Source of the DNA: an uncultured Eubacteriales bacterium
Lineage (GTDB): Bacteria > Bacillota > Clostridia > Christensenellales > DTU072
Assembly: GCA_949292905.1 (NCBI GenBank)
Contig: CASFAV010000006.1
Location: forward strand, 67,456 to 131,455
Reading direction: 5' to 3'
DNA length: 64,000 bases
Each line of letters opens with the position of its first letter. The first letter of the stretch is position 1. The translations under genes and the position numbers were made by a program. A model generated the notes under the pieces. The model saw only the letters and a list, made by a program, of their open reading frames with translations. It was not told where the DNA came from and did no database searches. This document shows, in pieces, positions 44,825 to 53,777 of this stretch.

Positions 44825-44905
44825 AATTCCTTCCGTTGAATGCCGCCCGCGACGCGGGCGGCAGAGGTGGTGGTTATTAGGTTGGCGTTAAGGTTATTCG
44901 GTAGA

Positions 44906-46660
44906 TCAGTCCCTAACCTTGATGTGTATCTCGCGCAGTTGCTGTTCGGTAACTTCGCTCGGCGCTCCCATGAGGAGATCCTGCGCGTTCTTATTCATCG
45001 GGAAAGCGATGACTTCGCGGATATTGCTTTCGCCGGTAAGGAGCATCACTATGCGGTCCACTCCGGGCGCCATTCCCGCGTGCGGCGGCGCGCCGTATTT
45101 GAAAGCGTTGTAAAGGGAAGTGAATCTCTTTTCGAGCACTTCGCGGGAATAGCCCGCTATCTCGAAAGCCTTTTCCATGGTGCGGATCTCGTGGTTACGT
45201 ACCGCGCCGCTGGAGAGCTCCACGCCGTTGCATACGACGTCGTACTGGTATGCGAGCACCGCGCCGGGATCGTCGCCCGTAAGCGCTTCGTATCCGCCCT
45301 GAGGCATGGAGAAGGGGTTGTGGGTGAAAGCCCATTTACCCGTTTCCTCGTCTATCTCGTACATCGGGAAATCGACTATGAAGCACATTCTGAAAGATTT
45401 TTCGTCGATTAGGTTGAGCCTTCTGCCGAGTTCCGAGCGTATCGCGCCGGCATAGGCTTCCGCTTTTTCTTTCTTGTCCGCGATGAAGAAGAGAAGATCG
45501 CCCGCTTTGAGCTCGGCGTGTGCGGCAAGTTCCGCTTTGAGGTCCGCGGGGATGAATTTGTCGATAGGTCCTTTATAGGTCATGTCGGCGTTTACGGTGA
45601 CGTAACCGAGTCCCTTCATGCCGAGTTCTCCAGTGGCGAAGGCGAGCATCTGCTCGTGGAAGCCTTTGGAAAGCGTCGCTCCGCCGGGCACTTTGATCGC
45701 GCGCACGCATCTGTTCTTGAAAGGCGCGAAATCGCATTTCATGAAGAAATCCGAAAGGTCGATGATGAAAAGCGGGTTCCTGAGATCGGGTTTGTCGGTG
45801 CCGTAGCGAAGCATCGAATCCCTATAGGTGATGCGCTCGAAAGGCGGCTTCGATACTTCGAGGTCGCTGAATTTCGTAAAGATCTTATAAAGCGCGTTTT
45901 CCGCTACGCGGAGCACGTCCTCCTGCGTCGCGAAAGACATCTCGAAGTCCATCTGATAGAATTCGCCGGGCGCGCGGTCCGCTCTCGCGTCTTCGTCGCG
46001 GAAGCAGGGAGCTATCTGGAAATATTTGTCGAAGCCCGACACCATGAGCAACTGCTTGAATATCTGCGGCGCCTGGGGAAGGGCGTAGAATTTGCCTTTG
46101 TGTTTGCGGCTCGGCACGAGATAGTCGCGCGCGCCCTCGGGAGAAGAAGCCGTAAGTATGGGCGTGGTTATCTCGAGGAAGCCTTCTTCGCGCATTATCT
46201 CGCGCATGTAAGCCACTACCGCCGAACGAAGTATTATCCTGTCGTGCAACTCTTTGTTGCGCAGATCGAGGAAGCGGTATTTGAGTCTCAGTTCCTCTTT
46301 GGTCTCCCTTGCAGTGGTGACGTCGAAAGGAAGCCGCTCGCTGACTTCGCCGAGTACGGTGACCGATTCGCTCACGAGCTCCACTTTGCCCGTCGCGATG
46401 CGCGGATTGTAAGTCGATTCGTCGCGCGTGCGCAATTTACCCGTGACGCTTACGCAGGTCTCGCGGGTGAGTCTGTCGAGGACGGAGGTGTCCTCTATGA
46501 CCACCTGCAAGGTGCCGTAATGGTCTCTGAGGTCGATAAACGATATGCCGCCGTGATCGCGGATGTTCTCCACCCAGCCGGCGACGCGGATCTCGGAGCC
46601 GATGACGTCGTCGTTTATCTCCGAAACGTTGTGTGTGCGGTAAATGTTGGCTTTGGTCAT
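44906..46660 (-). CDS. aspS: aspartate--tRNA ligase (bacterial type; probably non-discriminating given gatCAB linkage)
   Basis: 584 aa with an OB-fold N-terminus (GWV...RDHGG..FIDLRD) and class II motifs (FRDED.R.DR.PEF.Q.D.E; GGGIDR-like GVDRIVML). Confidence 0.95.
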   Translation of the reverse strand: MTKANIYRTHNVSEINDDVIGSEIRVAGWVENIRDHGGISFIDLRDHYGTLQVVIEDTSVLDRLTRETCVSVTGKLRTRDESTYNPRIATGKVELVSESVTVLGEVSERLPFDVTTARETKEELRLKYRFLDLRNKELHDRIILRSAVVAYMREIMREEGFLEITTPILTASSPEGARDYLVPSRKHKGKFYALPQAPQIFKQLLMVSGFDKYFQIAPCFRDEDARADRAPGEFYQMDFEMSFATQEDVLRVAENALYKIFTKFSDLEVSKPPFERITYRDSMLRYGTDKPDLRNPLFIIDLSDFFMKCDFAPFKNRCVRAIKVPGGATLSKGFHEQMLAFATGELGMKGLGYVTVNADMTYKGPIDKFIPADLKAELAAHAELKAGDLLFFIADKKEKAEAYAGAIRSELGRRLNLIDEKSFRMCFIVDFPMYEIDEETGKWAFTHNPFSMPQGGYEALTGDDPGAVLAYQYDVVCNGVELSSGAVRNHEIRTMEKAFEIAGYSREVLEKRFTSLYNAFKYGAPPHAGMAPGVDRIVMLLTGESNIREVIAFPMNKNAQDLLMGAPSEVTEQQLREIHIKVRD

Positions 46661-46721
46661 ATTAACGTGAATTCCTTTCGGTTTGGATGATTTGTTGTCA
46701 ATTCGTTTTGACGCTCTTAAA

Positions 46722-46751
46722 ATATTACCATACGCGCGAGTGTAAAGTCAA
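46722..46751 (-). promoter_or_regulatory. promoter of the aspS-gatCAB operon
   Basis: On the minus strand: TTGACT, 18-nt spacer, TAATAT. Confidence 0.5.
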
Positions 46752-46837
46752 TTTATTACGCGCATATTTAATTTTGCGCCCGTCGCGTGTCATTTCGCCC
46801 GTGCGAGCGCGCTTGAACGCGCTTATGCGCGTTTCGG

Positions 46838-46866
46838 TTGATTTTCCGAAGCGGATATGGCATAAT
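46838..46866 (+). promoter_or_regulatory. promoter of the ABC exporter gene
   Basis: TTGATT, 17-nt spacer, CATAAT. The -10 element ends only 9 nt before the ATG at 46876. Confidence 0.5.
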
Positions 46867-46875
46867 ATATCCATT

Positions 46876-48609
46876 ATGAAGATCCTTATCCGTTTGGCTA
46901 AAGAAGCAAAACAATACAAAACTCATTACGTCACGGGCATACTCGCGGTCATGGTTACGACCGCGGTGAGCCTTGCCGCGCCGAAGATACTTTCTTCGAT
47001 GACGGGGATGGTGTCCGCAGGCATCACGGAGGAGGGACTCAGACTCATCGCCGTCTACGTGGGGATACTTACCGCGCTGTATCTCGTCAAATGGCTGAGC
47101 AGATTCGTATCGACGTATATGTTGCACGTGGCGGCGTGGAACCTCGTCAATAATACGAGGGTGAAGCTGTACGATCACATACAGCTCTCCTCGATGTCCT
47201 TTTTCAAAGACAAGCAGACGGGCGATCTTCTGAGCCGCGTGGTGAACGACACGGCTAATTTCGAAATGCTCTACGCTCACGTGATACCGGAATTCATCAC
47301 CAACACGCTGACATTCGCCGGAGTCCTGGTGATACTTCTCGTGATGAACTGGAAACTCGCGCTGATAACGGCGGTGGTGATACCGCTCGTCGCCGTGGCG
47401 TGCGTGTATTACGCGAAGAAAGTGCGACCCAATTTCAAAGCGGCGCAAAGACTTGTGGGCGATATTTCCGCGGAGATACAGGATAACATAAGCGGAGTGT
47501 ACGAGATACAGGCTTTCGGTCAGGAGGCACAGGAGCATACGCACGTCGAGGAACGCGCGAAGAAGCATACCGTGGCGATACTGAAAGCGCTCAAAACTTC
47601 GGGGGTATTCCATCCGCTCATCGACTTCGTGTCTTCCATGGGCACGGTGCTCGTAGTGGGCGCGGGCGGCTATCTGGCGTACAAGCATCAGGTGGACGTC
47701 GAAGACATCGTGGCGTTTTTGCTTTATCTGACGCTGTTCTTCACGCCGATGCAGAACCTCGCGAGGCTCGTCGAAGACATGCAGACGGCGTACGCTTCGG
47801 GCGAACGCACGGTGCAGATACTCGATTCCCCGATAGAGATACACGACGCGCCCGACGCCGTGGACATAGGCAAAGCGCGCGGCGAGATAACGTTCGACGA
47901 CGTGAGCTTCGACTACGGCGACGGCAAGGACGTGTTGCACGACGTAAGCTTCACTTGCAAAGCGGGCGAAATGATAGCGCTCGTCGGAGCTACCGGCGCG
48001 GGCAAGACCACGATAACGAAACTCATACCGCGCTTCTACGAGCCGATATCGGGCAGCGTGAAGCTCGACGGCGTGGACGTAAGGAAGATAACGCTCAAAA
48101 GTTTAAGAGGGAATATAGCTCCCGTACTGCAGGACACCTTCCTTTTCAATGGTACCGTGGCGGAGAATATCGCCTATGCGCGTCCGACCGCGAAATTTGA
48201 CGAAATTGTAGCTGCTGCTACCAAAGCGCACATTCACGATGAGATCCTCGAGATGCCCGACGGCTATCAGACCAAAGTGGGCGAGCGCGGGATGCGGCTT
48301 TCCGGCGGACAGAAGCAGAGGCTTGCGATAGCGCGCGCGATACTGCGCGACGCGCCCGTCATCATTCTTGACGAAGCCACGGCGTCGGTGGATTCGGATA
48401 CCGAAAGGCATATCCAGCAAGCCATCAACGAGATCAACGGGAAGCACACCATCGTCGCGGTGGCGCACAGACTCTCCACCATAAGGAACGCGGACAAGAT
48501 ACTCGTTCTCAAGGACGGCAGGATAGCGGAGAGCGGCAACCACGAAGAGCTGATGGCAAAGGGCGGTATCTACCGCGATCTTTACGTCAAAAGCGGCGGC
48601 GGCGAATGA
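46876..48609 (+). CDS. ABC exporter, fused permease/ATPase (MsbA/type I exporter fold)
   Basis: 6-TM domain plus a nucleotide-binding domain with GATGAGKTT, LSGGQKQR and ILDEATS. I chose the start at MKILIRLAKEAKQYK. The upstream part of the 640-aa ORF lacks any Shine-Dalgarno site or homology-like features. Confidence 0.9.
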   Translation: MKILIRLAKEAKQYKTHYVTGILAVMVTTAVSLAAPKILSSMTGMVSAGITEEGLRLIAVYVGILTALYLVKWLSRFVSTYMLHVAAWNLVNNTRVKLYDHIQLSSMSFFKDKQTGDLLSRVVNDTANFEMLYAHVIPEFITNTLTFAGVLVILLVMNWKLALITAVVIPLVAVACVYYAKKVRPNFKAAQRLVGDISAEIQDNISGVYEIQAFGQEAQEHTHVEERAKKHTVAILKALKTSGVFHPLIDFVSSMGTVLVVGAGGYLAYKHQVDVEDIVAFLLYLTLFFTPMQNLARLVEDMQTAYASGERTVQILDSPIEIHDAPDAVDIGKARGEITFDDVSFDYGDGKDVLHDVSFTCKAGEMIALVGATGAGKTTITKLIPRFYEPISGSVKLDGVDVRKITLKSLRGNIAPVLQDTFLFNGTVAENIAYARPTAKFDEIVAAATKAHIHDEILEMPDGYQTKVGERGMRLSGGQKQRLAIARAILRDAPVIILDEATASVDSDTERHIQQAINEINGKHTIVAVAHRLSTIRNADKILVLKDGRIAESGNHEELMAKGGIYRDLYVKSGGGE

Positions 48610-48682
48610 GCCGCCGTACGTTTTGATATCGTTTTCGCGTAAGCGCCCGCTTTTTTTGCGTCCGGGCAAATTTGCAATTCTG

Positions 48683-48712
48683 TTGCAATTTATTTATCGC
48701 GCGTGATATAAT
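48683..48712 (+). promoter_or_regulatory. extended -10 promoter
   Basis: TTGCAA, 18-nt spacer, TGaTATAAT. Confidence 0.55.
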
Positions 48713-48714
48713 AA

Positions 48715-48731
48715 TCACAAATAATTTGTGA
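48715..48731. promoter_or_regulatory. perfect 17-bp palindrome, candidate operator
   Basis: TCACAAA-TAA-TTTGTGA lies between the -10 element and the GAGGAG Shine-Dalgarno site of the next gene. Confidence 0.45.
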
Positions 48732-48741
48732 GGAGTGCGCT

Positions 48742-49248
48742 ATGGCACAATACAGGATCAGACAAAAGTATTTCTCGTTCAAGGATTCCTTTACCGTCAC
48801 CGACGCATACACCGGCGAAGAGCGTTACGCTTGCAGAAGCAAAGTCGTCACTCTGCCCAAAAAATTCTGGGTAGAGCGTATAGACGGAACTCCCATGTAT
48901 TTCGTACGTCAGCAGATGTTCCGTTTTCTTCCCCGTCTGGATATTTACAGGGGCGTGGACAAGGACGGACAGCACGTCGCCACGGTAAAAGCGAAATTCT
49001 CTCTATTCCGTAAAAAGTGTATCGTTCACAGCGAGCAATACGGCGATTTCTTCATTTACGGCAACATTTTCGCTTGGGATTTTTCGATCTATGCGGGACA
49101 TAACGCCGACGGAGAGCTCGTTGCGACGATAAACAAGAAGGTTTCGCGTATCGCGGACACTTACGATATAAATATTCTTGCGGGCAAAGAAGGCTTTATG
49201 CTCACGCTCTGCATAATCATAGACTATTTGTATCAGAAAAAGCATTAA
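48742..49248 (+). CDS. LURP-one-related / tubby C-terminal-like (DUF567, YxjI-like) protein
   Basis: 168 aa. MAQYRIRQKYFSFKDSFTVTD..GEE......K..TL.KKF.V....G and a repeated F.IY.. pattern. Confidence 0.7.
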   Translation: MAQYRIRQKYFSFKDSFTVTDAYTGEERYACRSKVVTLPKKFWVERIDGTPMYFVRQQMFRFLPRLDIYRGVDKDGQHVATVKAKFSLFRKKCIVHSEQYGDFFIYGNIFAWDFSIYAGHNADGELVATINKKVSRIADTYDINILAGKEGFMLTLCIIIDYLYQKKH

Positions 49249-49440
49249 TATTCCGGTATACGGGTACCGTCTTCGCTTCGCGAAGCACGGCAGGCAATGC
49301 GTAAGAAACGACGCAGACAGGCGGTAAGCGATAAGCTTGCGTAAGTTATGCGTCGCGATATGTTTACGTCGTGCGGCGGTACGCAGAACGGCATAATCAA
49401 TTTATCCGAAATTATAAAAGACAATAAAAGGAGAATATCT

Positions 49441-50472
49441 ATGGCAAAAGTAAAAGTTGGCGTAGCGGGATACGGCGTGATCGGTCAGCGTCTCGCGGAC
49501 GGCGTAGCCCGTCAGAAGGATATGGAACTCGTCGGCGTAGCGGACGTTGCGCCCACGCTTGCGGTGAGAGCGCTTTACGAGAAGGGAATGCCCTATGCGC
49601 TTTATCTTGCCTCCGAGGACAAACGCGCCGAATTCGACCGTCTCGGCATACCCGTATCCGGCACTATGGAAGACATGGTCAAAAAGTGCGACGTCGTGCT
49701 CGACAGCTCGCCCGGCGGAATAGGCGCGCGCAATAAAGAGCTTTACGTCCGTCTCGGCAAAAAAGCGATATTCCAGGGCGGCGAGAAGAATTCCGTCGCC
49801 GACGTATTCTTCCACGGATACGCCAATTACGAGAAGGGACTCGGCAAAGACTTCCTGAAGCTCACTTCCTGCAACACCACCGGACTCATCAGGAGCGTGG
49901 ACTGCCTCGATAAGGCTTACGGCATCGAGCGCGTGGCGATAACGATAATCCGCAGAGTGGCGGATCCCGGCGATTATCACAGAGGTCTTACCAACGCCCT
50001 CCAGATAGACAAAGCTCCTTCGCACCAGGCTGTGGATCTCATGACGATAATGCCGCACGTGGAAGCCACCGGCATACTCGTACATACGCCCATCACGCAC
50101 GGGCACATAATCACCGTAGTCGCTACCGGTAAGCAGAAGATCACCAAGGAAATGGCGCTCGAAGCTTTCTCCAAGCATCCGCGTATCCGTATAGTCAGCA
50201 TAGCCGACGGTTTCCTCGGCAATGCGTCGCTGTTCCGTTACGCTCGCGATCTCGGTAATCCCCGCGGCGATATGTACGAAATAGCTTTGTGGGAAGACTC
50301 CATCGTGGAGACGGGCGACAGCATCATGTACGCCATCAATATCCCGCAGGAAGCGGTCACGATACCCGAAACGATGGACGGTATCCGCGCGGTTATGAAC
50401 ATGCAGGCGACTTCCGAGGAAGCGACCGCAGTCACCAACAGCTATCTCGGCATAGGAAAATGGAAAAAATAG
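49441..50472 (+). CDS. gap: type II (archaeal-type) glyceraldehyde-3-phosphate dehydrogenase
   Basis: 343 aa. VGVAGYGVIGQRLADGV, IFQGGEK, active-site SCNTTGL and ...IPE... are collinear with archaeal GAPDH as I recall it (e.g. Methanothermus). The bacterial SCTTNC motif is absent. AAAGGAGA Shine-Dalgarno site. Confidence 0.85.
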   Translation: MAKVKVGVAGYGVIGQRLADGVARQKDMELVGVADVAPTLAVRALYEKGMPYALYLASEDKRAEFDRLGIPVSGTMEDMVKKCDVVLDSSPGGIGARNKELYVRLGKKAIFQGGEKNSVADVFFHGYANYEKGLGKDFLKLTSCNTTGLIRSVDCLDKAYGIERVAITIIRRVADPGDYHRGLTNALQIDKAPSHQAVDLMTIMPHVEATGILVHTPITHGHIITVVATGKQKITKEMALEAFSKHPRIRIVSIADGFLGNASLFRYARDLGNPRGDMYEIALWEDSIVETGDSIMYAINIPQEAVTIPETMDGIRAVMNMQATSEEATAVTNSYLGIGKWKK

Positions 50473-51701
50473 GCATTAAAAATCTTATAGGCGCGGACGT
50501 ACGCGGTAAGCGCGTACTGTTCCGCCCCGACATAAATTCTCCCGTGAACGCCGAAGGCGAAATAGTCAACGACAACAGGCTCGATAAGACGATACCCACG
50601 TTGAGGTACCTCGTCGAATCGGGCGCGAAAACGGCGATCATTGCGCATCAGGGCGACACGCTGGACTATCAGAATCTTATCCCGCTTGCGGCGCACGCGA
50701 AAAGGCTCACCGAACTCAGCGGCATAAAGGTGGATTATATCGACGACGTATGCGGCGACGCGGCTATAGAGAGGGTGAAAGCGCTTAAAGAGGGCGAAGT
50801 CATAATCCTCGGTAACCTCCGCTATCTCACGGAGGAAGTTTCCACTTTCGAAAAGGACGTCAAACTGACCGCCGAGGAGATGGAGAAGACCTATCTCGTG
50901 AGAAGGCTGGCGCCGCTTTTCGACGTTTACGTCAACGACGCTTTCAGCGCGGCGCACCGCAACGCTCCGAGCATGGTGGCGTTCGAAAGGCTCATGCCTT
51001 CTTACGCGGGACCGCTCTTTTTCAAAGAGTACGAAGCGCTTTATACGGTCATGCACAACGCCGACAAGCCCGTCGTATTCGTATTGGGCGGAGCGAAGAT
51101 ATCGGACGCTTTCGGCATGATGGACAAGGTGCTCGCGGACGGCGTCGCGGACAAGATCGTTACCTGCGGAGTCACGGGCGTCGTGATGCAACTCGCACGC
51201 GGCGTAAAAGTGGGCGCGAAATACGAAAAATGGCTTGCCGACAAGGATCTTACCGTGTTCGTGGAGCAGGCGAAGGGCTTGCTTGCGAAATATTCGGACA
51301 AGTTCGTGCTTCCCGTCGATTTTGCCTATGAAAAAGGCGGCGCGCGCGCCGAAGCGAATTTATCCGAGCTTCCCATAGACGACGCCATGTTCCTCGATAT
51401 AGGCGCAAAAAGCATATCCGACGCCGAGAAAGCGATAGCTTCGGCGGGAACGATATTCGTCAACGGTCCCGCGGGCGTGTACGAAAACCCGATGTTCGCC
51501 GAAGGTACCGACCGCGTATGGAACGCGATAGCGAAAGCGAAAGGATATTCGGTGATAGGCGGCGGTGACACGGTAACGGCGGCGGCTAAATTCATCGAGC
51601 TCAAAGATATAAGCTACGTCTGCACGGCGGGCGGGGCGATGGTGCGCTTCCTGAGCGGCAAGAAACTTCCGCTCATCGAGGCGATGACTTCTTCGAAATA
51701 A
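50460..51701 (+). CDS. pgk: phosphoglycerate kinase, archaeal-type sequence
   Basis: 413 aa. GKRVLFRPDINSPV...AIIAHQG...NLRY... and FVNGPAGVYE, GGGDT. The RxDINSP block is the archaeal form, versus the bacterial DFNVP. The start overlaps gap by 13 nt. Confidence 0.85.
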   Translation: MEKIGIKNLIGADVRGKRVLFRPDINSPVNAEGEIVNDNRLDKTIPTLRYLVESGAKTAIIAHQGDTLDYQNLIPLAAHAKRLTELSGIKVDYIDDVCGDAAIERVKALKEGEVIILGNLRYLTEEVSTFEKDVKLTAEEMEKTYLVRRLAPLFDVYVNDAFSAAHRNAPSMVAFERLMPSYAGPLFFKEYEALYTVMHNADKPVVFVLGGAKISDAFGMMDKVLADGVADKIVTCGVTGVVMQLARGVKVGAKYEKWLADKDLTVFVEQAKGLLAKYSDKFVLPVDFAYEKGGARAEANLSELPIDDAMFLDIGAKSISDAEKAIASAGTIFVNGPAGVYENPMFAEGTDRVWNAIAKAKGYSVIGGGDTVTAAAKFIELKDISYVCTAGGAMVRFLSGKKLPLIEAMTSSK

Positions 51702-51753
51702 CATAAGCGCGTCGCGCGGCGTTGTCCCGGCGCGCGTACGCCGGAGCATAACG

Positions 51754-52662
51754 ATGCGCGAATTCAAAATAATGCAATTCACCGATTGCCATCTCGACGA
51801 CGCGACCGCGGAAGCGGGACTCGGGCAGATCGCCGCTCTGTGGGACTACGGCAAAGCCGATCTCGCGGTATTCACCGGGGACGTGGTATTCGGTAAGAAC
51901 GATCTCGCTTTTTACGACAGGCTGGACGAGTTTTTCCGCATGAGGAACGCGCCTTTCGCGGTGGTGCTCGGTAATCACGAGGGTGAAGCGAACAGTACCG
52001 ACAGGCGCGGTATCATGGAAAAATGCGCTTCGCTCGGCAACTGTATCACCGAAGTCAATCCGATAGGAAAGCGTTACGGTAATTTTATTTACGACACTCC
52101 GTTCGACGGGGTGTCGCTCGCTATGCTGGACTCCGGCGACTACGCGCCCTGGTACGAGAAGCTGCGTCATCCGATCAGATCGAAGTACGCCGCCGTGACC
52201 GAAGAACAGATCTCGTGGTACGCCGACGCCGTCAAAGACAAAAAAGCGGTATTCGTTTTTCTACATATTCCCTTGCCCGAATACGAACGCGCATATTACG
52301 GCGCGCTCGCGCGGGGCGAAGTCGTGTACGGTGCTTTACGCGAAAACATCGCTTCGGACGGCAGTCTGAAGCGCCTTTCCGACGTAGTGTGCTCTTCCGC
52401 CGTCAACACGGGATTTTTCGAAAGAGCGCGTTCGATAGGGAATCTGAAAGCTATATTCTGCGGACACGATCATCTGAACGACTATTACGTGGAATACAAG
52501 GGAGTAGGGCTCGTTTACGGGCAGAAAACGGTGGGTTTCGCAGGCTCCGGATACGCCTTTGACGGCAGGGGATTCCCCGACTATACGGGAGCTACGCTCG
52601 TTACCGTTTGCGAAAACGGCGATTATACGCCGCGACAAATATATTATAAGGATATCCGATGA
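51754..52662 (+). CDS. metallophosphoesterase (cytoplasmic)
   Basis: FTDCHLDD, FTGDVV, GNHEG and GHDHLND motifs. Confidence 0.85.
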   Translation: MREFKIMQFTDCHLDDATAEAGLGQIAALWDYGKADLAVFTGDVVFGKNDLAFYDRLDEFFRMRNAPFAVVLGNHEGEANSTDRRGIMEKCASLGNCITEVNPIGKRYGNFIYDTPFDGVSLAMLDSGDYAPWYEKLRHPIRSKYAAVTEEQISWYADAVKDKKAVFVFLHIPLPEYERAYYGALARGEVVYGALRENIASDGSLKRLSDVVCSSAVNTGFFERARSIGNLKAIFCGHDHLNDYYVEYKGVGLVYGQKTVGFAGSGYAFDGRGFPDYTGATLVTVCENGDYTPRQIYYKDIR

Positions 52663-53777
52663 TCTGCGATCTCATAGTCATAGGCGGCGGCGTGAGCGGA
52701 ATGGTAGCCGCGATATGCGCATCGAGGCGAGGAAAGAAGGTGCTCATACTCGAGAAGGGCGAGCGCGTAGGGCGCAAGCTTCTCGCTACCGGTAACGGCA
52801 AATGCAACCTTGCCAATACCGCGCCCGTCGCGGGTAAATACAATTCCGACTTTGCCCTGACGGCGTTGCGTGAGTTCCCGCTCGAAGCCCAACTGGACTT
52901 CTGGAGAAGTATAGGGCTCGTGACGAGAGTAGCGGAAGGCAGGGTATATCCTTATTCCGAGCAGGCCTCGGGAGTCCTCAACGCACTACGCGCGGCGCTC
53001 ACGAAAAACGACGTCGCAACGCTCGTTTCCTCGGGCGCGGAAAAGATAGAAGGAAGATATACGGTCAACGGCGCTTATCGGGCGAAAGCGCTTCTGCTTG
53101 CCACCGGCAGCAACGCCTCTTTCGGATACGAAAGCTTGGATCTGCTCGCCCCGTACGGACATCGCGCTACGCGCAGAATACCGGCTTTGGTACCCTTGTT
53201 GACGGATAAAAGCAACCTGAAAGGCTTAAAAGGCGTGAGAGCGCATGCTCAAGTCGCGCTCAAGGCGAACGGGAAGGAAATAGCGCGTACTTCGGACGAG
53301 ATACTGTTCAAGGATAACGGCGTGTCCGGAACGGCGGTCTTTACGCTTTCGGGAGCGCTCGCGAGAGCGGGCGTCACAGACGGGAGCGCTTCGCTCGAGA
53401 TAGATTTCGCTCCCGATTTCATCGAGAAGGATCTGGACGCGCTTTTTATAGGCGGCGTAGAGCCGGAAGGGATGTTCCATAAGGAGATAGCGGCGGCGAT
53501 AAAGAGGGCGGCTGCCGAGAAGGGTTGCAAGTTGGCGCACGCAGCCAAACGCTTTACGCTCGGACGCGTGATCCCCGGTCCGAAAGAGCTTGCGCAGGTA
53601 ATGTGCGGCGGACTCGAAACGGAAGGATTTTATCCCGACACTCTCGAATCGCGTTTCTCGCCCGGCCTGTACGCCGCGGGAGAGGCTCTCGACGTGGACG
53701 GAGACTGCGGCGGATTCAATCTTATGTGGGCGGTTGCGTCCGGAATGGCGGTGGGTAAGAAATGCTGTTCAAAGTAA
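52659..53777 (+). CDS. HI0933/BaiN-like FAD-dependent oxidoreductase
   Basis: DLIVIGGGVSGMVAA...ILEKG.R.GRKLL.TGNGKCNL motif. ATGA overlap with the previous gene. Confidence 0.85.
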   Translation: MICDLIVIGGGVSGMVAAICASRRGKKVLILEKGERVGRKLLATGNGKCNLANTAPVAGKYNSDFALTALREFPLEAQLDFWRSIGLVTRVAEGRVYPYSEQASGVLNALRAALTKNDVATLVSSGAEKIEGRYTVNGAYRAKALLLATGSNASFGYESLDLLAPYGHRATRRIPALVPLLTDKSNLKGLKGVRAHAQVALKANGKEIARTSDEILFKDNGVSGTAVFTLSGALARAGVTDGSASLEIDFAPDFIEKDLDALFIGGVEPEGMFHKEIAAAIKRAAAEKGCKLAHAAKRFTLGRVIPGPKELAQVMCGGLETEGFYPDTLESRFSPGLYAAGEALDVDGDCGGFNLMWAVASGMAVGKKCCSK

